Below are positions 49,662-64,000 of a stretch of DNA of 64,000 nucleotides, one piece after another. The stretch's first letter is position 1. Every line of letters starts with the position of its first letter. Made by a program: the position numbers and the translations under genes. The stretch comes from Macrostomum lignano (Eukaryota), in NCBI GenBank assembly GCA_002269645.1, contig NIVC01000645.1, positions 1-64,000 on the forward strand, written 5' to 3'. The notes below the pieces were generated by a model, which did not search any database, was not told where the DNA came from, and saw only the letters and a program-made list of their open reading frames with translations.

Positions 49662-50488
49662 TCTGGGCCAGCCTCCCACATCCTCGGTTTATGGGCCAGC
49701 CTCCCAGATCCTCAGTTACTGGGCCAGCCTCCCAGATCCTCAGTTACTGGGCCAGCCTCCCACATCCTCGGTTTTTGGGCCAGCCTCCCACATCCTCAAA
49801 TACTGGGCCAGCCTCCCAGATCCTCAGTTACTGGGCCAGCCTCCCACATCCTCAAATACTGGGCCAGCCTCCCAGATCCTCAGTTACTGGGCCAGCCTCC
49901 CAGATCCTCAGTTACTGGGCCAGCCTCCCACATCCTCAAATACTGGGCCAGCCTCCCAGATCCTCAGTTACTGGGCCAGCCTCCCACATCCTCAAATACT
50001 GGGCCAGCCTCTCACATCCTCAGTTACTGGGCCAGCCTCCCACATCCTCAAATACTGGGCCAGCCTCCCACATCCTCAAATACTGGGCCAGCCTCCCACA
50101 TCCTCAAATACTAGGCCAGCCTCCCACATCCTCAAATACTGGGCCAGCCTCCCACATCCTCAAATACTGGGCCAGCCTCCCAGATCCTCAGTTACTGGGC
50201 CAGCCTCCCAGATCCTCAAATACTGGGCCAGCCTCCCACATCCTCAAATACTGGGCCAGCCTCCCACATCCTCAAATACTGGGCCAGCCTCCCACATCCT
50301 CAAATACTGGGCCAGCCTCCCACATCCTCAAATACTGGGCCAGCCTCCCAGATCCTCAGTTACTGGGCCAACCTCCCACATACTCAGTTACTGGGCCAGC
50401 CTCCCAGATCCTCAGTTACTGGGCCAGCCTCCCAGATCCTCAGTTACTGGGCCAGCCTCCCACATACTCAGTTACTGGGCCAGCCTCC
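49662..50488. repeat. 28-bp minisatellite (TACTGGGCCAGCCTCCCA[G/C]ATCCTCA[GT/AA])n
   Basis: Direct tandem repeat. Confidence 0.96.
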
Positions 50489-50870
50489 TAGAGTGTCAGT
50501 TTCTGGGCCAGCGCTCTGACTATGCGAACCCGGAGTTGGAGAAGAAGTCGCGGCTTGACGGAGACGCCAAAGTGAAGCCGACCTCAACGAATCCATTCGG
50601 GTCAAACGAGTTTGTGGCCGGAGATGTGGAGCACTCATAGTCAGATGAAGCTCTCCTGAAGTACAGGCCCCATATACCAGTCCAGCCGTCCCAAAAACCC
50701 GCACAAAGAACTGTGGAGTTACAGTTGTAGGATTCGATCACCGTTGCCTCCACTCGGACAGTCCGCTTGAGCCTGAGCAGCCACGTGAGTCCCTGCTGCA
50801 CGCTCGCGACAAATGGGATCTGACAAATGGGAAAAGCGGGTCGCTTTTTATTGTAGTGGAGGATCATCAC

Positions 50871-51243
50871 TCCTTGGCTGGCTCTAGATCTCCTTGACTG
50901 GCTCTAGATCTCCTTGGCTGGCTCTAGATCTCCTTGGCTGGCTCTAGATCTCCTTGACTGGCTCTAGATCTCCTTGGCTGGCTCTAGATCTCCTTGGCTG
51001 GCTCTAGATCTCCTTGGCTGGCTCTAGATCGCCTTGGCTGGCTCTAGATCTCCTTGGCTGGCTCTAGATCTCCTAGGCTGGCTCTAGATCTCCTAGGCTG
51101 GCTTTAGATCTCCTTGGCTGACTCTAGATCTCCTTGGCTGGCTCTAGATCTCCTTGGCTGGCTCTAGATCTCCTTGGCTGGCTCTAGATCTCCTTGGCTG
51201 GCTCTAGATCTCCTTGGCTGGCTCTAGATCTCCTTGGCTGGCT
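50871..51243. repeat. 20-bp minisatellite (TCCTTGGCTGGCTCTAGATC)n
   Basis: Direct tandem repeat. Confidence 0.96.
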
Positions 51244-52212
51244 CCAGAGTGGCAGGCAGACAGATGGCCCATGGCTCATGGCCACCTCAGTAGCTCGCAT
51301 ACGCAAAATGAAAAAAGATCAATGATAGACCTGTTGCATCCGCAAAACAGGTCTACACAAGAGAATGCCAAGTGGCAATGCCAGGCTTCAGCAATCCAGT
51401 CCGCATCTTGTTGCAGATTATATTGACGCCAAGGACTACTCAAGTAGAGCTTCTGGAGGAATTTCTTCTGATAGGAAGCTCGCCAAGTCAATGCCTTTCT
51501 TACAGCTCTATTCATATTCATGGAGCTTTTCTTTTATAAAATTAGGATTCTATGTTAAATTTATGTCTCACTGCCAAATGGTCACACTTTATTTTTAAGA
51601 CCACGAAAAGAACGAATGATCATTTTTGCAACATTTCAATTTAGAACTCCGAATATGGTAATTAATGCTTGAAATCTATTGTACGATTCGCAAGAATTCT
51701 ATTCAATTTTCAAAGGGTCAAATTTCTAGAACGCGAAACTGTCACCTACCCAAAATAACCTGATTCTCGCAAGATTTTCCTATAAATACAAGCCAAAATC
51801 CGAGCTAAAAATCTCAGACTCGGAGCAGCCTCTGAAGAGCTTAAGCTTGCGGGAGAAGCTAATCGAGGCTACATGTCTGAGGGAGACAAATACCGTTCGG
51901 GAAGCCTTTGTTCGAGCCTGTGTTATTTGATTGATTGAGAGCGATTTTATTGCCGGCCGTTATTGATCATTTGATTTTACTGAGTTTATTGAACTTGAGG
52001 CCTCCCATTTTCCTAAGGGATTGGATAGGATCTGGGGACCGATTCCGATACCCTTAAAGGATTATCGATTGATTGATTTGGATTATCCTAGAGTAACCGA
52101 TAGGAGCACACTACTCCGATTTCGTTATTTCTAGAAGACGCCCTTTCTGGAGGACCTCGTTATTGCTATAGAAAGTTGACTTTGTTATTACTCGTAGGGC
52201 GCATCTTTGATA

Positions 52213-53695
52213 CTGATTTCTGCACTCGAGGAATATATTGATTTCTGCACTCGAGAAATGTATTGATTTCTGCACTCGAGAAATGTATTGATTTCTGCCC
52301 TCGAGAAATGTATTGATTTCTGCCCTCGAGAAATGTATTGATTTCTGCACTCGAGGAATAGATTGATTTCTGCCCTCGAGGAATAGATTGATTTCTGTAC
52401 TCGAGGAATGTATTGATTTCTGCCCTGGAGGAATGTATTGATTTCTGCACTCGAGGAATGTATTGATTTCTGCACTCGAGGAATGTATTGATTTCTGCAC
52501 TCGAGGAATGTATTTATTTCTGCACTCGAGGAATATATTGATTTCTGCACTCGAGGAATATATTGATTTCTGCACTCGAGGAATGTATTGATTTCTGCAC
52601 TCGAGGAATGTATTGATTTCTGCACTCGAGGAATGTATTGATTTCTGCCCTCGAGGAATAGATTGATTTCTGCCCTCGAGGAATAGATTGATTTCTGCAC
52701 TCGAGGAATGTATTGATTTCTGCCCTGGAGGAATAGATTGATTTCTGCCCTGGAGAAATAGATGATTTCTGCCCTCGAGGAATGTATTGATTTCTGTCCT
52801 CGAGGAATGTATTGATTTCTGCACTCGAGGAATAGATTGATTTCTGCACTCGAGGAATGTATTGATTTCTGCACTCGAGGAATGTATTGATTTCTGCCCT
52901 GGAGGAATAGATTGATTTCTGCACTCGAGGAATGTATTGATTTCTGCCCTGGAGGAATAGATTGATTTCTGCCCTGGAGGAATGTATTGATTTCTGCCCT
53001 GGAGGAATAGATGATTTCTGCCCTCGAGGAATGTATTGATTTCTGCACTCGAGGAATATATTGATTTCTGCCCTCGAGGAATGTATTGATTTCTGTCCTC
53101 GAGGAATGTATTGATTTCTGCACTCGAGGAATGTATTGATTTCTGCCCTGGAGGAATAGATTGATTTCTGCACTCGAGGAATGTATTGATTTCTGTCCTC
53201 GAGGAATGTACTGATTTCTGCACTCGAGGAATAGATTGATTTCTGCACTCGAGGAATGTATTGATTTCTGCCCTGGAGGAATGTATTGATTTCTGCCCTG
53301 GAGGAATAGATGATTTCTGCCTCGAGGAATGTATTGATTTCTGCACTCGAGGAATATATTGATTTCTGCCCTCGAGGAATGTATTGATTTCTGCCCTGGA
53401 GGAATGTATTGATTTCTGCCCTGGAGGAATAGATTGATTTCTGCACTCGAGGAATGTATTGATTTCTGCCCTGGAGGAATGTATTGATTTCTGCCCTGGA
53501 GGAATAGATTGATTTCTGCACTCGAGGAATATATTGATTTCTGCCCTCGAGGAATAGATTGATTTCTGCACTCGAGGAATGCATTGATTTCTGCACTCGA
53601 GGAATGTATTGATTTCTGCACTCGAGGAATGTATTGATTTCTGCACTCGAGGAATGTATTGATTTCTGCACTCGAGGAATGTATTGATTTCTGCA
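52213..53695. repeat. 25-bp minisatellite (TATTGATTTCTGCACTCGAGGAATG)n
   Basis: Direct tandem repeat. Confidence 0.96.
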
Positions 53696-54015
53696 GCTTT
53701 TCTTGCAACTTGACACAAAAAGAACTCAAATTTCTAGAGGCAGATTTCTAAATTCAAAGTTCATTAGCAACAGCCAGCTTCGCCTGTTTGTTTGTTTATT
53801 GATAACGCCATGAAAATGCACAAGTCAAAGATGCAGCAATTTAGGGAAATTTATTAATTAGACTTACAAAATTCACGAGCTCAGTACAAATGATTCCCAA
53901 CATTGCTTGAGTTATTACGGTTAATATTTTAGTTACTAAAATTTCGGGTGAATAACACTATAAAAAGTACTTTATAATGATTTTTTAACTAAACCGGGTT
54001 TTACACGCCCAGTGC

Positions 54016-55650
<1,635 letters not shown>

Positions 55651-55949
55651 GAGGGGAATATAACGCAATGAAATAAATGACAAAGTAGGTTACCAATGGT
55701 AAAAAAGCAAGGTGAAAAAAGTAATCTGATAAAGTGTCACAAAATCTGTATTTGAATTTTTTAGTCTCACAGCTGATTGCGCAAAAATGAAAGAGTGAAA
55801 ATAAAAAATAATGTAACTGGACATTTTTAGAACAATAACTCTCAATTTAGAAGATTTTCAGCAACCGATCACCTTAAAGCACCAGATAATGCCAATAAGG
55901 TCATGTGAAGATTGAATCTGAATAATAATTAAATACCATTTAGATTGCT

Positions 55950-57290
55950 CTCGCCTCCAGTGCTCACAATCTCGCTCTAGTGCTCACAATCTCACTCTAA
56001 TGCTCACAATCTCACTCTAGTGCTCACAATCTCACTCTAATGCTCACAATCTCACTCTAGTGCTCACAATCTCACTCTAATGCTCACAATCTCACTCTAG
56101 TGCTCACAATCTCACTCTAGTGCTCACAATCTCACTCTAGTGCTCACAATCTAACTCCAGTGCTCACAATCTCACTCTAGTGCTCACAATCTCACTCCAT
56201 TGCCTCCAATCTCACTCCAGTGCTCAAAATCTCACTCCAGTGCTCTCAATCTCGCCTCCAGTGCTCACAATCTCACTCTAATGCTCACAATCTCACTCTA
56301 GTGCTCACAATCTCACTCTAGTGCTCACAATCTCACTCTAGTGCTCACAATCTCACTCTAGTGCTCACAATCTCACTCCAGTGCTCACAATCTCACTCTA
56401 GTGCTCACAATCTCACTCTAGTGCTCACAATCTCACTCCAGTGCTCACAATCTCACTCTAGTGCTCACAGTCTCACTCTAGTGCTCACAATCTCACTCTA
56501 GTGCTCACAATCTCACTCCAGTGCTCACAATCTCACTCTAGTGCTCACAATCTCACTCCATTGCCTCCAATCTCACTCCAGTGCTCAAAATCTCACTCCA
56601 GTGCTCTCAATCTCGCTCTAGTGCTCACAATCTCACTCTAATGCTCACAATCTCACTCCAGTGCTCACAATCTCACTCTAATGCTCACAATCTCACTCTA
56701 GTGCTCACAATCTCACTCTAGTGCTCACAATCTCACTCTAGTGCTCACAATCTCACTCCAGTGCTCACAATCTCACTCTAGTGCTCACAATCTCACTCCA
56801 TTGCCTCCTATCTCACTCCAGTGCTCAAAATCTCACTCCAGTGCTCTCAATCTCGCTCTAGTGCTCACAATCTCACTCTAATGCTCACAATCTCACTCTA
56901 GTGCTCACAATCTCACTCTAGTACTCACAATCTCACTCTAGTACTCACAATCTCACTCCAGTGCTCACAATCTAACTCCATTGCCTCCAATCTCACTCCA
57001 TTGCCTCCAATCTCACTCCAGTACTCACAATCTCACTCCAGTGCTCACAATCTAACTCCATTGCCTCCAATCTCACTCCATTGCCTCCAATCTCACTCCA
57101 GTGCTAACAATCTCACTCCATTGCCTCCAATCTCACTCCAGTGCTCACAATCTCACTCCATTGCCTCCAATCTCACTCCAGTGCTCACAATCTCGCTCTA
57201 GTGCTCACAATCTCACTCCAGTGCCCCTAATCTCACTTCAGTGCTCAAAATCTCACTCCAGTACTTACAATATCACTCTAGTGCTCATGC
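55950..57290. repeat. 20-bp minisatellite (GTGCTCACAATCTCACTCTA)n
   Basis: Direct tandem repeat. Confidence 0.96.
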
Positions 57291-57304
57291 TCAGCCCTAC
57301 TCCC

Positions 57305-58579
<1,275 letters not shown>

Positions 58580-58584
58580 CTAGA

Positions 58585-59160
58585 GCTAGGGGGACAAGGC
58601 AGAGGGGAATAGGACAAGACAGATAGGGAGAGGACACGGCAGATGGGGAGAGGACAAGGCAGGGGGGAGGACACGGCAGATGGGGAGAGGACACGGCAGA
58701 TGGGGGAGGACAAGACAGGTGGGGAGAGGACAAGACAGATGGGGGAGGACAAGGCAGGGGGGGAGGACAAGACAGATGGGGAGAGGACAAGACAGATGGG
58801 GAGAGGACAAGGCAGGGGGGAGGACAAGACAGATGGGAGAGGACAAGGCAGGGGGGAGGACAAGACAGATGGGGAGAGGACAAGACAGATGGGGGAGGAC
58901 AAGACAGATGGGGGAGGACAAGACAGATGGGGGAGGACAAGACAGATGGGGGAGGACAAGACAGATGGGGGAGGACAAGACAGATGGGGGAGGACAAGAC
59001 AGATGGGGGAGGACAAGACAGATGGGGGAGGACAAGACAGATGGGGGAGGACAAGACAGATGGGGAGAGGACAAGGCAGGTGGGGAGAGGACAAGGCAGG
59101 TGGGGAGAGGACAAGACAGGTGGGGAGAGGACAAGACAGGTGGGGAGAGGACACGGCAGA
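58585..59160. repeat. 19/20-bp minisatellite (GGGG[A]GAGGACAAGACAGAT)n
   Basis: Direct tandem repeat. Confidence 0.95.
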
Positions 59161-59749
59161 GAAGCCACAGCTAGCACAATTATCACACAAAAATAAAAAA
59201 TAGCAGACACCCATTTGCTAATAAAAGGCATGCAGTCTTACGCACTCAATATATTTAAAAGATAAGCTTAGTTCATGATTTTGCAATAAAACTCAAACAG
59301 TGAGTTAACAACTGATTCGTAAATAGCTAGAAAGGATACAAACATCGAGTGGGAAAAAACTAAATTAAAATTGTATACTTTAAAATTGACATTAGATGAA
59401 AAAAATTGAAACAGAACTGACAAAGACAATTCGAATTGAATTCAGATTGGTTAACGGTAAACTACCGTAATAGAAGTGAAATACGTAGTTTCCGCATAAA
59501 AATAAGGCATTGATAAGCATTGATTGCTACGTAATAAACGTCAGGAGGGTATGGAGAAAATTAAAGTCTACTTGATAAACAGTAAAAATTATAACTGATT
59601 GATTGACTGATTGTATGCAAATAAATAAGCTCTTTTGATGTAGTAAGCACAATAGCATGTAGTTCAGGCTATACTAACTGATACTAAGGTGGTTTATAAA
59701 GCGATGTGTATAGATAAATGTTCACCCTGATAATTTCAATCAACTGCCC

Positions 59750-60005
59750 AGAATGTACGCACTGGGCTGGGGGGACGGAAGGGAGGGGCCGAGAGTGTAC
59801 ACACTCGGCTAGGCTGGGGGAAGGGAGGGAGGGTTGACACACTGGGCTGGGCTGGGGGAGAGAGAAGGGGTTGAGTGTACACACTAGCCTGGGCTGGGGG
59901 ACGGGAGGGAGGGGTTGAGGGTGTACATACTGGGGTGGGCTGGGGGGACGGAAGGGAGGGGTTGAGAATGTACGCACTGGCTGGGGGGCGGAAGGGAGGG
60001 GTTGA
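59750..60005. repeat. Degenerate about 45-bp G-rich repeat (GTACACACTGGGCTGGG..GGAAGGGAGGGGTTGA)
   Basis: About 5-6 imperfect copies. Confidence 0.8.
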
Positions 60006-60569
60006 GAATTTATGGTGAAAACTTTTGAAGCAAATAACATAATAGCGTAATTAGGATATAATTTACAGTAGTAGCAGGATGTGCACTTCAAAAAAGCATA
60101 TACGAATACTTTACCATATATACAGAAGATATACTGCCTGTAAGCTGATGCGAAATAAACATAAACAGAAAAAGTGGAGAGAACATGTACAGATGCAGGT
60201 AGATGCTCAGTGCCAAAGGTAGGTTTAATAAGCGACGAACGCAACAGAGAGAGAGAGCGAATATTAAAGCATTAATAAAAGGCCAATCAAGCAAAAATTC
60301 TTGCTAACCTAACAAGCTATAAACAAAAAACTAATAACACTTGTGATTAAAAATCGATTTGTACACACGGTTAGAAGTGAAACAAAAGAAACAAATGAGG
60401 CCTGGCAAAAAGCGAAAACAAACACAATTTAACTTCCGCATTTGGTCCACACAAAATAAAAAACTTGAAACAAAGTATTAAGGTTTCGCTGCACAGAAGC
60501 TGACAGAGCACAAATCAACAAGATGGTCAGATAATTAATGCACCATCTGCGATGGCTCTAATAGCTGCC

Positions 60570-60715
60570 AACTGTCACTGTAACACCCCACAGAAACTAG
60601 CAATGTCACTGTAACACCCCACAGAAACTAGCAATGTCACTGTAACACCCCACAGAAACTAGCAATGTCACTGTAACACCCCACAGAAACTATAGAAATG
60701 TCACTGTAACACCCA
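60570..60715. repeat. 31-bp tandem repeat (AATGTCACTGTAACACCCCACAGAAACTAGC)n downstream of the CACHD1 stop
   Basis: About 4.5 copies; shares the core CACTGTAACACCCC with the intronic array at 61430-61950. Confidence 0.9.
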
Positions 60716-60746
60716 AGCGGTGCCCAGAAGCCATGCCCAGGTCAGC

Positions 60747-63683
<2,937 letters not shown>

Positions 63684-63819
63684 CTAGGAGGACTTTTCAT
63701 CATAAGATTGTTTTCTATCCTTAGAGATCTGGGATCTTGGATGACTATTTAGGGGATTCTTGGGAACTTCTATCATAGATGGGACCTGGGAGGATTCCAG
63801 ATGCGATTTGGGAAGGATT

Positions 63820-64000
63820 CTAGATGGGATTTGACAGAATTCTAGATGGGATTTGACAGGATTCTAGATGGGATTTGACAGGATTCTAGATGGGATTTGA
63901 CAGAATTCTAGATGGGATTTGACAGGATTCTAGATGGGATTTGACAGAATTCTAGATGGGATTTGACAGGAGTCTAGATGGGATTTGACAGGATTCTAGA
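63820..64000. repeat. 22-bp minisatellite (ATTCTAGATGGGATTTGACAGG)n in a CACHD1 intron
   Basis: Runs off the right end of the window. Confidence 0.93.

Noticed and set aside
49642-53729. 279-535 aa repeat ORFs
   Set aside because: Unit lengths of 28 and 25 bp are not multiples of 3; ORFs appear in several frames; no splice periodicity.

Overview
This is eukaryotic (animal) genomic DNA, not prokaryotic. GC-rich coding exons sit among more than 25 different minisatellite arrays, several of which fill introns almost entirely. The pattern suggests a flatworm such as Macrostomum (inference only). Recognisable genes: a complete 4-exon SDHA (minus strand, with a GC-AG intron), an intronless rhodopsin-type peptide GPCR, a PAN/apple + F-type lectin gene, an intronless mago nashi, an intronless ricin-B + DUF3472-like gene (horizontal transfer candidate) and the last three exons of CACHD1. 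Mobile DNA: a young Ty3/Gypsy LTR element with identical 191-bp LTRs and a 5-bp TSD, a solo LTR, two tRNA-derived SINE families, a LINE 3' fragment and degenerate mariner relics. The most striking feature is at 2.4-6.6 kb and is almost invisible in the ORF track. A 147-bp 'satellite' there is in fact a tandem array of 63-nt phase-1 exons and 84-nt GT-AG introns (23 full copies plus a terminal exon). It follows a signal-peptide exon and would encode a secreted precursor of about 21-aa repeats (KKNKKRMIVGGSESSLPPQFR) with basic cleavage-type sites. Nearly all long ORFs in the ORF track that overlap tandem arrays are artefacts.
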